From assembly GCA_977018835.1 (NCBI GenBank), contig OZ361257.1, positions 310,001 through 374,000 of the forward strand: DNA of 64,000 bases, written 5' to 3'. Source of the stretch: Minutocellus sp. GHC0000111. Taxonomy: Eukaryota. The notes under the pieces are model-generated. The model made no database searches, was not told the DNA's origin, and saw nothing but the letters and a program-made list of their open reading frames with translations. The position numbers were made by a program, and so were the translations under genes. Positions 22,688-32,869 of the stretch are shown here, one piece after another; the stretch's first letter is position 1, and every line of letters starts with the position of its first letter.

Positions 22688-24110
22688 CTACAACTTTCTC
22701 GGCGAAGGAACGGTAGCTCGTAGAATGGTTCCATCGTCAGCGCGATATTTCATGCGATCCAAATAAAAGGAAAGCATTCCCTGCTTTACCACTTCCACGT
22801 CACCGTCGTTGCAGACCCGAACACATCTTCGACACGCGGAAAAGGCTAGACAAGGCCCGCATAAATCACGGTTATTTCCATGGTTCTTTAGGCATGCCCT
22901 GCCGTCGGAAAAATGATAGGCATGTGGACCAACGCGTTGGTCACTCTCAAACCGCCCCCCCCGAGATGCATGCCACATCACAGATGCTCCCGTGGCCGTA
23001 CTTCTTATCGTTGCGCCACTCTCCAGAATAACCATGGCCCTTGGCATTCAATTCGCATCCGTGCCCGTGGCGCATATTGGCAACAAATTCGCCTCTGTAG
23101 ACAAAATCACACCCGTCCAGGGTCATGCAACCTTCGCCGTGACGTTCAAATTCGCCCGTTTCCTTATTTGTACGGCCCTGTCCAGAATACGACCCCATTT
23201 GCTTTGTTGTAGGGCATACCATTCGCTTATCCTTTACTGTCTCAAGGTCTGGTTGCTCTTTTAAGACTGCTGCTGATGGTGGTAATTTTGACTGTGGATT
23301 TCTCTTCTTCAACGGCAAGGTGTGGACATTCTTACTCGAATCTGCTTCAACACACGTATCACCGCTGAAGCTGCTTTTCGGAGCCTGCTTTGCTTTATCT
23401 CGCACGACAGGAGAAGGTATGACTGGGCTGGTAACAAGAGGTGAATTATGCATATCTTTACCTGCATTGGCATGGATATTCTTGGCCTGGCTTGCGTGTA
23501 CTCCCAGCAAGCTAAGACCCTTGTCGGCTGTGCCGATACAGGCAATGACATTATCATTGGCACTGGCATCTTCGCCTCCTTGCAGCAGATTCAGCAGGTA
23601 ATCTGCCGCCTTCTTCACGCCATGGGCTGCCGCATCCTTCTCTTGCTCTGCCAAGCATCTTTCACTGGCGGCTTCCAATAATGCAGCTTTGGCCAGATGC
23701 TCTCTGTTGGCCCTTTCTAGCGACAATTCCGCTTGGGAGGCCCGGCACTTGGCCATGTCCACTGCAAGTCTTGAAGATTTGATGGCGATTGCCCGGTTGC
23801 CGTCAATTTGGAGATGAACTCTTCCAGCATTCTCCTTTGTCGATAACGGCGACTCGACGGCAGACGTGTTGGGAATAGCTTTTGGCTTCTTAGGAGTGTC
23901 CCTTCTATTGACCGTACGCTTACCAACTCGATTATCAGGAACCGTTGCGGACCAAAGCACCGCCTTTTGCTTCTTGTTGGGTGGTTCCTCTTGTTGCGAC
24001 CGAGAAGACTTACACGAATCATCATCTCTTGCTCGCTTCGAGGATGAAGAAGTACCAATGAGCTTCTCAAGGCCAAAGACGTGGCGTCGCTTCTTGAGCG
24101 GGCGTGCCAT
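22688..24110 (-). CDS. MORN-repeat protein with N-terminal NLS and coiled coil (frameshift in C8 run 22955-22962)
   Basis: YSGQG..ERHGEGCM, YRGEFVANMRHGHG, YSGEWRNDKKYGHG. After the G8 run it continues as GRFESDQRVGPHAYHFSDG in ORF 22688..23047. Confidence 0.7.
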
Positions 24111-24311
24111 CTTACTGATATATATAGTGCACACTTTGCAATAAGATTCCTACTTAGCTTGAAGTGGAACTAACTTAACTTCCTGTGAAGCTCCAACCGC
24201 TTAATTAGAAACATTCTGCCGTCATCACACATGTCACAACCTTGGCATAAATGAGAGCACTGGGATCACCATGACAATTATTATTGAGCATCAGCACATC
24301 CCCACTCCCCA

Positions 24312-24824
24312 CTATTGACTTGCCGCCGGAACCACCTGAATAGGCAGCTGCATACCCGCACATGCCTGCTCAATCTGCTGCATACTGCTCGGGGTGGGCA
24401 CCGGCTCGCCAGCGTTGACGGCCGGATCCTCCCTCAACACCTGAGCAAACCCAACGCAATCATCAAACGATTCGAACGCCAACAACACATCCGACGTCGA
24501 CTGCTCAAAGTTGGCACCTCGCGGAAATTTCAGGGTATGAATGGCCTCCATGGGCGTTTGGGGGTTGAACAAAATAATGTACACGAGGTCTGGTTTGACC
24601 TGGGTTGGGGCTGACATGGCCCGTTCCAGGAAAATGTCCTCCTGTTCCTCTGCCGTGATGAAGAGGGCTGATGGAGTCGGTACCGTTACGCCCGACGTCC
24701 GAGGCTGCTGCTGCAGTTGCGCCGCCGGAGGAACAAATGCTGTCGCGTCGGATACCAGGGACACGACGCCAATGGCGACGATGGAAAGTATGGTGGCCAG
24801 CGACAATGGGGAAGTCTTCATCAT
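24312..24824 (-). CDS. Plastid-targeted DUF3110 family protein
   Basis: Signal peptide plus ATA-FVP motif. VYIILFNPQTPMEAIHTL..LLAFESFDDCVGFAQVL..IEQAC..IQVVP matches the cyanobacterial/plastid DUF3110 pattern. Confidence 0.7.
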   Translation of the reverse strand: MMKTSPLSLATILSIVAIGVVSLVSDATAFVPPAAQLQQQPRTSGVTVPTPSALFITAEEQEDIFLERAMSAPTQVKPDLVYIILFNPQTPMEAIHTLKFPRGANFEQSTSDVLLAFESFDDCVGFAQVLREDPAVNAGEPVPTPSSMQQIEQACAGMQLPIQVVPAASQ

Positions 24825-24964
24825 GCAAGGAAAGAGTGGACACAAGGTTCGAGGAAGGTGGTTGAAGAATGATATCAATTGCAGGGCATGCTAATCCCGG
24901 CGATGACGAAAATCGGGATCACTGCCCACTACCCAATGCCCGAACGACCCAGAACTTGAGCACC

Positions 24965-25981
24965 ATGGGGAAGAAGTCCAAGGCCAAGGCGAAGGCCGGG
25001 GGTGGTGGTTCCACCAAGGCCTCGCCTTCTTCGTCCTCAAGCTCTACTGCTGTGGTCCCAGCCGCTGGTGCTTCGATCGGCGGTAATGCAGGAGTCGCAG
25101 CTGTCGGCGGCAAGCAGAATAAGCTCAAGTGTATCCGCTGCCTTGCCAACATCAAGGACGCCGACAAAGCCCGTGCTTGCCCGGGTTGTTCCGATATCTA
25201 CTGCTGGCGGTGCGAGAAGAAGGCGTTTGATGATTGTCGTTATGGTTCGAAGTGTGTTCGCCCTATGCGCCGGTGCGAGCGGTGCCGAATCGGCGACACT
25301 GTGCTTGCGCTGTGTGAGAGGGCAGGCCTTCCGCAGGCCCTTCCTAGGATCGACACCAGAGAGCTCCAAAAATCCCTCGGTGAGGACTTTCGTCTCGATG
25401 CCCTGCCAATCAGGATATGCAACACTGACGGATGCGGTGCTTGGGAGTGCTATCGATGCGCCGTCAGCACAGATGACGAGACGTCACTGTTGATTTGCTG
25501 CCGTTGCTTCAAGGTTAAATGCCATAGTTGCGTGGACAGCCAGGATAAAGCGGGAGGGCAAAGAGTCTTTCCACCCTTCATGGAACATATTGCAATGGGC
25601 CTTTCGTCTACTGCAATTCACACAGCGACAGAGGCGCTTCGGTCAGCTGCTCCAGATTCAATGTTGGATTGTAAAAGCTGCAATGCCGTGTTCTGCTACG
25701 ACTGCATCGATCATGTTCATCTCCAAAGTTTGGTTAGGGCAAGCGTCGAGGTCTTTAGGAGCAAGAAGACAACAGTCCCTGTCAGCTGCGGCACCTGCTA
25801 CTACAAGGCCAAGCCCTGCACCAACCCTAACTGTCCCAACAAGGTTGGAATTCCTACCAAAAGATGTGGAGGCTGCCATATCGATCGGTACTGCAGCGTC
25901 GAGTGTCAGGCTGCAATGTATCTTACTCATGTCGAGAGATGCAAGACGATTCAAATGAAGCGGGCCGGAGCAAAGTGCTAG
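24965..25981 (+). CDS. Cys-rich protein with C-terminal MYND-type zinc finger (paralog A)
   Basis: Many CxxC pairs. C-terminal CTNPNC..KRCGGCHIDRYCSVECQAAMYLTHVERC is a MYND pattern. Confidence 0.8.
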   Translation: MGKKSKAKAKAGGGGSTKASPSSSSSSTAVVPAAGASIGGNAGVAAVGGKQNKLKCIRCLANIKDADKARACPGCSDIYCWRCEKKAFDDCRYGSKCVRPMRRCERCRIGDTVLALCERAGLPQALPRIDTRELQKSLGEDFRLDALPIRICNTDGCGAWECYRCAVSTDDETSLLICCRCFKVKCHSCVDSQDKAGGQRVFPPFMEHIAMGLSSTAIHTATEALRSAAPDSMLDCKSCNAVFCYDCIDHVHLQSLVRASVEVFRSKKTTVPVSCGTCYYKAKPCTNPNCPNKVGIPTKRCGGCHIDRYCSVECQAAMYLTHVERCKTIQMKRAGAKC

Positions 25982-26333
25982 AAAGATGAAGACGTGAAAA
26001 GGATTAGATGTACGTATATCTAGGAGTTCTAATGATTTGTATTGTGTATTCGATATCACTACCGGCATCATGCCGATACATGTAATTCTAATAGAACCCT
26101 AGAGGGCATTTGATACACTGCAACTGTGCAAGCATTGTACCTAGAAAATATCTCGCTAGCTACATTAGTATTGAAATAGAAACTGCGACGGGATAATAGC
26201 TACATACGTGTAGCTGCCATTACATGCACGCACGACACGAATTCTCCCTCGAATTCATTCTCCTTGAGGACTGACTCCCATGCCACCCATGTTATGGATG
26301 AGGCCTTCCGAGATATCAATATGTACATGCAGC

Positions 26334-27395
26334 CTAATCCGAGCTCTCAGCAGCAGCGTTTTCGTGCCCAGCACACCTCTCATCGCGCTTCATTTGAATC
26401 TTCCTGCACCTCTCGACATGAGTAGGATACATGACAGCCTGACAGCCGACACTGCAGTACCGATCAATGTGACATCCACCACATCGCTTGGTCGGGACGC
26501 CAACCTCATTCGGACAATCCGGATTGGTGCAGGGCTTGGCCTTGTAGTAGCAGGTGAGGCATCGAACAGGGATTGTTTTCTTGTCGACCCCTTTCGATTT
26601 CATTTCAGCGCCGGCCTTGACGAAGCTTTGGAGATGAATATCATCAATGCACTCGTAGCAGACCATGGCCTTGCAGCTTTCGCAATACAACATTGAATCT
26701 GGAGTAGCTGATCGGAGTGCAGCTGTCGCTGAGTAAATATCAGAAGACAAAAGGGGAAGGCCATCCTTCGCTTTTTCCCTCACCGCGAGGACTGCCTTGG
26801 CTCCTTCTGTTCTAGCATGCTCCTTCACGCACACCCTGCATTGCACCTTGAAGCAAAGGGAGCAAACATGGAGGCCCGTGGCCCTTTCAGCACTGATAGC
26901 ACATCGGTAGCACTCCCGCGCCGCACAGCCATCGGCGTTGCATATCCGAATGGGCAGGACATCGAGTCGAAAATCCCCGCCGAGGACTTCTTGGAGCTTG
27001 TTGGTGTCGAGCCTGCAAAGATTGACCCTCTCCTTGGCAAGACCGGCCTTTTCACACAGATCGTCCAAAGTACGCCCCGAACGGCACTGGGAGCACCTGC
27101 GCATAGGGCAGATGCACCCCTTTCCTCCGCCATTCCAGCAGTCGTCAAAATCCTTGCGCTCACATCGCCAGCAGTAGATATCGGAACAACCGAGGCAAGC
27201 ATTCGCCTTGTCAGCGTCCTTGATTTTGGCCAGGCATCGGATGCACTTGAGCTTGTTCTGCTTGCTGCTGCCGCCGCCGCTGGTCGAAACGCCATCGACT
27301 GGAGACCTACCAGTAGAGCTCGAGGCCAAAGAAGGGGTGGCCTTGGTGGACCCACCGCCCCCGGCCTTCGCCTTGGTCTTGGACTTCTTCCCCAT
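26334..27395 (-). CDS. Cys-rich MYND zinc-finger protein (paralog B, copy 1)
   Basis: ATG 27395 MGKKSKTKAKAGGGGSTKA; collinear with paralog A; KRCGGCHIDRYCSVGCQAVMYPTHVERC. Confidence 0.8.
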   Translation of the reverse strand: MGKKSKTKAKAGGGGSTKATPSLASSSTGRSPVDGVSTSGGGSSKQNKLKCIRCLAKIKDADKANACLGCSDIYCWRCERKDFDDCWNGGGKGCICPMRRCSQCRSGRTLDDLCEKAGLAKERVNLCRLDTNKLQEVLGGDFRLDVLPIRICNADGCAARECYRCAISAERATGLHVCSLCFKVQCRVCVKEHARTEGAKAVLAVREKAKDGLPLLSSDIYSATAALRSATPDSMLYCESCKAMVCYECIDDIHLQSFVKAGAEMKSKGVDKKTIPVRCLTCYYKAKPCTNPDCPNEVGVPTKRCGGCHIDRYCSVGCQAVMYPTHVERCRKIQMKRDERCAGHENAAAESSD

Positions 27396-27526
27396 TGTTG
27401 TTGTTGACTTTTGCTTGAGTCGAGTCGAAGTCAAGGTGGACTGGTCCCGCTGCGGGATCAAGTCAACAAAAAGCCAAAGCACCTGCTCAGCCATCATTCC
27501 TGACTGACCGCTCGGCTCCGGCCAAG

Positions 27527-30223
27527 ATGGCGTCCTCCAGCGACGACAACGGCGGCGGATCGTCCGCCACCCCCACCCCCACCTCCCATCACTACACCCT
27601 CTCCCAAACGCTGGCCTCGGACGGTTCCCCCATCCGCTCGCTGTGCACCATCCCCACCGGCCCTCCGACCTCGTCGTTCGTCGGATCTCCCACCTGCGCC
27701 GATGGGTACCAGCTGCTGTGCGGGAGCTACGATGGGTTGCTGACCAGTCATACATTGCTGGCGGCCAGCGGGTACATGGTCGCCCAGACGGTGTTGCAGC
27801 CTAATGAGGAGGGTGGCAGACATCCGCATTACGTGGGGGCCATGCTGCCCATCCCCGCTGCTGGTGGTAGTGGAAGTGCAGGAAGTAGTACATTCGGCGA
27901 ACCTCTGGCGGGTGGATACATCACGGGATGTCGCGATGGGATCATCCGAGTCTTTGGCCCCGACCACGCCCCCCTCAAGGAGCTGAGGGGACACGCCAAC
28001 AACGTGTCGAGCCTGGCGTGGTTGGAGCTGGCTGCGACTTCGGATGGCGGTAGTAATAGTGGTGGAAACAACATCCCGCCCCTCCTCCTCAGCGGTTCGT
28101 GGGACGGCACGGCCAGGATTTGGAATTTGCAGACCGGTTCCTGCCTGGCCACCCTCGACAATCACGAGAATGGCGTCGAGGTGGCCGGATTGCCACCCGT
28201 ATCTCCCTCTGGTGCTGGTGCTGCCGATGCCAGCAGCAGCGCAGGAGGAGGAGGAGGAGGGCTCATCGGCAGGCTCGTCACGACGTCCGCCGGTATCGCC
28301 CAGGGCAACGTCATTAGCAACCACCGGGTGCGAATCTTTGCCATCGGCCTCCCCACCCTGACCAGTCCCGTCGCCACCGCCCACCTCCTCCACACCGTAT
28401 CCAACGATCACGGCGGTCCCATCCGGTCCGTCGCCTACGACGCCGATACCGATTCCATCCTCACGGCGTCCAACGACGGCACGGTCAAGATCCGCGACGG
28501 CGGCACCGCCCAATGCCACACGACGTTGACGCATCCCGCGACGTTTACGTCTAGTGACGGACAGCCGCCCATGTTGCTCGATGTGACGTGCCTGGGAGGC
28601 GGTAGATACGCCTGCACCGCCGAGGACGGGACGTGCGTCCTCTGGTACACCCAGCACAATGCTAATGACGGTGCGGGGGAACCGCAAACCTTGGACCATC
28701 CCAGTTCGGTGTGGACCGTCCGTCCCCTCCCCAACGGCGACATCGTGACGGGATGTCAGGACGGATTCCTGCGCATCTACACCACTGCTGCTGATCGGTT
28801 CGCCCCGCCCGAGGAGGTGGCGGCCCTCGCGGATGCCGTGGCGGCCTCCCGCACCAAAAAGTCCAGTGGACCGTCTCCCGAGGAGATTGCCGCGTTGCCC
28901 AAGTGGGAGCTGTGCGCGCTGACCCAGGGCCGGTCCGAGGGGCAGGTGCAAATGTTCAACAAGGACGGGGTGGCGATCGCCGCCCAGTGGTCCGCGGCCA
29001 GCGGGACGTGGATCGAGATCGGGGAGGTCACGGGCACCAACGAGAATGCCGGCACCATCGACGGGGTGACGTACGATCACGTCTTCCCCATCGAGATTGA
29101 GGATCCCGCCACCGGGGGGGTTCGGAAGCTTCGGATCGGGTACAACAACGGCGAGAATCAGTTCGTGGTGGCCCAGAGATTCATCGATGCGAATGAGCTG
29201 CCGCAGTACCATCTGGCGCAGATTGCCGATTACATCCGGCAGAGGGCGGGGGCTGACGCCGGACCGGCCACGCTGGGGATGGAGGCGGCACCGGCTGCTG
29301 CGGCGGCTGCTCCAGCAGCTCCAGCGGCAGCGGAACCGATGGATATTGCGCCTGTGCCGCAGCCATCGGCTTACTCCCATCTGCCTGTTCAGGGATACAA
29401 GTCGTTCGCGACTGGAGCCACCGAACAGGGCTTGGGCAAGATCGTTGCAAAGGCACGAGAGTTCAACTCCACTTTCACGACGAATCTAACCACCGAGGAG
29501 ATTGGACCGACGTTGGATACGCTGTGCCAAACGTTGGCGGAGACCAATCGGTATCATGCCAGCAAGATATCCGACGAAGAAATGGCGGCGGTGGGCAAGA
29601 TGGTCCGTCACTGGGATGCCGAGCGGGTCTTCCCCGCCCTGGATTTGGCGAGGCTTCTGGCCGTCCATCCCGATGCGGCCACCTCCCGGAGGGAGACTTT
29701 TTGGACGGAGGTGGTGGCGTCGTCCCTGACCAAGTGCAAGGAGGAGGTGAGTGGTACGGCAGCGGTTGCCGTCCCAATGCTTACCATGCGCCTTTGCGCC
29801 AACTGCTTCAAGGGGGGCTTAGGGTCGATCAAGGCCGTCACAGGACAGTTGTTGGATGTGCTGCAGTGTGCCGAGGACCTTGCCTCCTCGACCAACAAGA
29901 ATGTTCGGCTGGCAGTATCGACGGTGATTCTCAATGCTGCTTCCTACGGTGTATCCAACGGCGGCATGGATCCTGAATCTGCGAAGAAGATTCTGTCCGT
30001 CGTTGGTACCATTGTTGGTTCCAGCCTCTACGAGAGTGAGGGCGTCGTCCGAGCCCTCGTGGCTTTGGGATCTACCCTCCTCATTCCTGGAGCAGGCGGT
30101 GAAGCCGCCAAGGAGGAGGCCAAGTCGCTCCACTTTGATTCGATGGTGGGCCACGCTGCCAACGCACATGGCGACAAGGCCAAGGGCGTGGCCGATGAGA
30201 TTTGCCTGATATTGAAGAGTTGA
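27527..30223 (+). CDS. PLAA: Phospholipase A2-activating protein / DOA1/UFD3 (WD40-PFU-PUL), copy 1
   Basis: WD40 repeats (LLSGSWDGTARIWN, HPSSVWTV..LPNGDIVTGCQDG), PFU domain (YDHVFPIEIE..LRIGYNNGENQFVVAQRFIDANELP..LAQIADYI) and PUL domain (VFPALDLARL, NKNVRLAVSTVILN, RALVALGS). Confidence 0.95.
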   Translation: MASSSDDNGGGSSATPTPTSHHYTLSQTLASDGSPIRSLCTIPTGPPTSSFVGSPTCADGYQLLCGSYDGLLTSHTLLAASGYMVAQTVLQPNEEGGRHPHYVGAMLPIPAAGGSGSAGSSTFGEPLAGGYITGCRDGIIRVFGPDHAPLKELRGHANNVSSLAWLELAATSDGGSNSGGNNIPPLLLSGSWDGTARIWNLQTGSCLATLDNHENGVEVAGLPPVSPSGAGAADASSSAGGGGGGLIGRLVTTSAGIAQGNVISNHRVRIFAIGLPTLTSPVATAHLLHTVSNDHGGPIRSVAYDADTDSILTASNDGTVKIRDGGTAQCHTTLTHPATFTSSDGQPPMLLDVTCLGGGRYACTAEDGTCVLWYTQHNANDGAGEPQTLDHPSSVWTVRPLPNGDIVTGCQDGFLRIYTTAADRFAPPEEVAALADAVAASRTKKSSGPSPEEIAALPKWELCALTQGRSEGQVQMFNKDGVAIAAQWSAASGTWIEIGEVTGTNENAGTIDGVTYDHVFPIEIEDPATGGVRKLRIGYNNGENQFVVAQRFIDANELPQYHLAQIADYIRQRAGADAGPATLGMEAAPAAAAAAPAAPAAAEPMDIAPVPQPSAYSHLPVQGYKSFATGATEQGLGKIVAKAREFNSTFTTNLTTEEIGPTLDTLCQTLAETNRYHASKISDEEMAAVGKMVRHWDAERVFPALDLARLLAVHPDAATSRRETFWTEVVASSLTKCKEEVSGTAAVAVPMLTMRLCANCFKGGLGSIKAVTGQLLDVLQCAEDLASSTNKNVRLAVSTVILNAASYGVSNGGMDPESAKKILSVVGTIVGSSLYESEGVVRALVALGSTLLIPGAGGEAAKEEAKSLHFDSMVGHAANAHGDKAKGVADEICLILKS

Positions 30224-30302
30224 TATAGGGTGGTAAGATAAGTAGTTCTAGCTAATCTCGATTCTACCTCGATAGTTTGTATGAATACCCATTACTTTCA
30301 TT

Positions 30303-31085
30303 CTATGCAGCTCGAGGACCATGGGGACGAAACGACTTGGTGTCAAGGTCGGAGACAGAGGACGAAAGGGCAGCATATGATGCCTGGTGATCTGCATCAT
30401 CGAGCGAACATTTTTTGCCTTCCGAGGAAGTAGACGAAGAGTCATCATTAATTTCTTCTTCTTCCAGTCCAAGTGATGCAAAAAACTCGATGGTGCTGAA
30501 CGACTGCCGCCGGCTGTTATTACTAGAAGCAGCAGCCTTGTTGATGGAATTGTGCTCCTTTCCTCGACCATTTGTCTGGTTTGACGCTGCTGCATCAGAA
30601 CTTTCTTCTGCGCTACTTTTTTCTCGTACGAGATCATCATAGGCAAAAAGCGATGATCGGCGGCGAGATGCTCGGTAGGTGGAACAACTGTTGTTACCAT
30701 CACTGATTGATGATCGTCGACTGTCCTGTGAAAACAGGGAGCTTCGTCGTCTCGGCGAAGAGCAGATATGTGTGGGAATCTGCGCGAGGCTGTCGCTACT
30801 GTCGGCGGTGGTAGTCACAACCTCGTCGGCGATGGATGTGGATATTGATGAGTGCAGCGTAGAAATGGATGACAGTCGCTTCTTGAAGAATCCCCGAAAG
30901 CCAGATGACGACGAAACTTCAAACTCGCTGTTCTTCGTTTCTTCCTTCTCCATCTCTTTTCTGTAGGCGGCGAGGGTGTCTACCTGGCCTTCTTCGGCCC
31001 GCAGATCGGCCCGGAGGGTGAGAGTCTCGCGAAGGATTTGCTCTCGAAGAGCAGTGCGGGGTGAAATGGAGCGCGAGGAGGACAT
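30303..31085 (-). CDS. Hypothetical Ser-rich disordered protein, copy 1
   Basis: 260-aa ATG ORF with repeated RRSS/RRxS motifs. Confidence 0.55.
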   Translation of the reverse strand: MSSSRSISPRTALREQILRETLTLRADLRAEEGQVDTLAAYRKEMEKEETKNSEFEVSSSSGFRGFFKKRLSSISTLHSSISTSIADEVVTTTADSSDSLAQIPTHICSSPRRRSSLFSQDSRRSSISDGNNSCSTYRASRRRSSLFAYDDLVREKSSAEESSDAAASNQTNGRGKEHNSINKAAASSNNSRRQSFSTIEFFASLGLEEEEINDDSSSTSSEGKKCSLDDADHQASYAALSSSVSDLDTKSFRPHGPRAA

Positions 31086-31677
31086 GTTGCTGCTTGCAGA
31101 AAAGTTGTTGAGTGTATCGCTTCAAAAGAAATAATAGAATGAGAGGTTTGGATTCATTTCGATTATGACTTACAGACTGCAAGACAGTAAATTGCAAGTG
31201 ACAGTGCCAAGATCAAAATGCACACAAAGCCACGCCACGCCACCCAATCCCTGAATTTCACGAGCAGCACATTACAGTCGGGATTGACTGTCCATGGTCC
31301 GAAGATGACCGGGCAACATTTATGCCGATGGCAAGGCCTACAGATGAAAATACTTATGTCCAAATACTGACGTGGATGAAAAACAGAAAGTCTGAGCGTC
31401 GGTGGGAAGTCAAACATCAAGACGCAACACACCAGCAACACACCAGCCCTTCGCGAACTTCTGCCCTCAACCTCACCGACCACCGAGGCCAGTGTGTCCT
31501 ACGTAGCTACATCCAGCTTTTTTGGCCTGTCCCATATTTGACGACCAACTTGATAAACCTCACAAAGCTTTCTTATATGCAATGCCTCATTGCTACTTCT
31601 AGCCTACCGGTAATGGAAACTCTAGTCTCTAGGAGTAATGATATTGCTTGCAGAGGACAACTTTTGTCAGGCAAAAA

Positions 31678-32460
31678 ATGAAGCGCAACATGAACTCCTT
31701 TTCCAGCCTCACCGATTTGAGTGAGTCACTTCGCATGGAATTCGCTGATAGTAGCAACGTCCATGACGACGCCGATCTTTGTGTCGATGCCGTCAAAGTG
31801 CTTTACAAACCGGGCATGTCGCTTCGTAGGATGACATCGTCAGGCTGTGACTCCTCCTCCAGCTCCCTACATTCCAATTCTTCTTGGCTTGATCTCGAAA
31901 GCGTGAAGCTCGAGACCAACACAAAACAACGAACCACCAAGAAGACGGAGGTGGACAAGACCTCGGGCACCGAACCAACTCCTTCATCTGGGAGCAAGCC
32001 TACAACCACTACAATTCCACGGACACGCCGACGTCATTCTACTTTGACTTGCAGTGAATCAAATTTGGACAACGCTGACGGTGGCCACAAACGCGGCATA
32101 CGCCCTAGTCTACGCCTTCAATCTCAATGGATCAACAGCTCGCGAGATGTCTTCAATACATCTTCCTCGAGTGACGAGGGTCCGTCGGCCCTACAACAAT
32201 TCTTCGCCGATAGGCAACTTGTTCGCGAGACCAGCAGGGGAAGCAATTCAGCCGATGCTACTTCGTCTCATAACGAAGGCTCAACTCTTCCATCTGCCAA
32301 AGACCTGACCAAAATGGTCAAGAAGGACAGTCTTTCTCAGTCGCGTCCAGTGAAGCGACGCGGATCGTTCGAGCTGCTCAAGGAGACCTTTATGAGCAGC
32401 ATGCAAAACCTTTCAGACGAGTTGGACCTTCAAGATTTATCTCAAGAGGTCGATTGTTGA
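31678..32460 (+). CDS. Hypothetical Ser/Thr-rich protein, copy 1
   Basis: ATG 31678 (MKRNMNSFSSLTDL) within ORF 31648..32460, followed by an AT-rich 3' region. Confidence 0.55.
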   Translation: MKRNMNSFSSLTDLSESLRMEFADSSNVHDDADLCVDAVKVLYKPGMSLRRMTSSGCDSSSSSLHSNSSWLDLESVKLETNTKQRTTKKTEVDKTSGTEPTPSSGSKPTTTTIPRTRRRHSTLTCSESNLDNADGGHKRGIRPSLRLQSQWINSSRDVFNTSSSSDEGPSALQQFFADRQLVRETSRGSNSADATSSHNEGSTLPSAKDLTKMVKKDSLSQSRPVKRRGSFELLKETFMSSMQNLSDELDLQDLSQEVDC

Positions 32461-32628
32461 TTTCTAGTCTAGTACATGGCATGTGCAAATAAATGAATTT
32501 TATAAATCGACCACACACGCACATACACACACATTAACATTATACATTGCTATTATGTGACGCAGCACGTGGACGTTATCCATGCTATATACTACCTACT
32601 ATGTACTACCCCATATATTTCTAAGTAG

Positions 32629-32834
32629 CTACGCTCTCCACGAGCTGGAAATATCACAGTGCCGGAGCCAAGGGCATTCTGTGAAAAGAGTCTCCATCAC
32701 CGTTTTTCTAGCTGCATCATCCACATCCGAGGAGGATGCATTCACCAAGAAGCGATAACGCTTGTCGTCGTCTGAGCGAAATTTGTAGATGGCATCCACG
32801 ATGGATCGAAGGCGAGGCAATACAACTGACTGGA
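32629..32834 (-). pseudogene. Orphan 3' fragment of the YqaJ-like gene created by the duplication breakpoint
   Basis: Identical to 39165-39370 (QSVVLPRLRSIVDAIYKFRSDDDKRYRFL..SSWRA*) but joined upstream to the MYND gene 3' region. Confidence 0.85.
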
Positions 32835-32869
32835 TGAGGCCTTCCGAGATATCAATATGTACATGCAGC

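Noticed and set aside
14163..23047. Programmed ribosomal frameshifting at the ORF breaks
   Set aside because: There is no shared slippery heptamer or stimulatory structure. The breaks sit in assorted homopolymers, and multi-base deletions occur too, so sequencing error is simpler.
26334..27755. N-terminal extensions in ORF-track calls (27396-27755, 41195-41602, 49597-49839, 5865-6092)
   Set aside because: They overlap neighbouring genes or begin at non-ATG codons. Downstream ATGs give a proper signal peptide, match a paralog, or sit just ahead of the conserved region.
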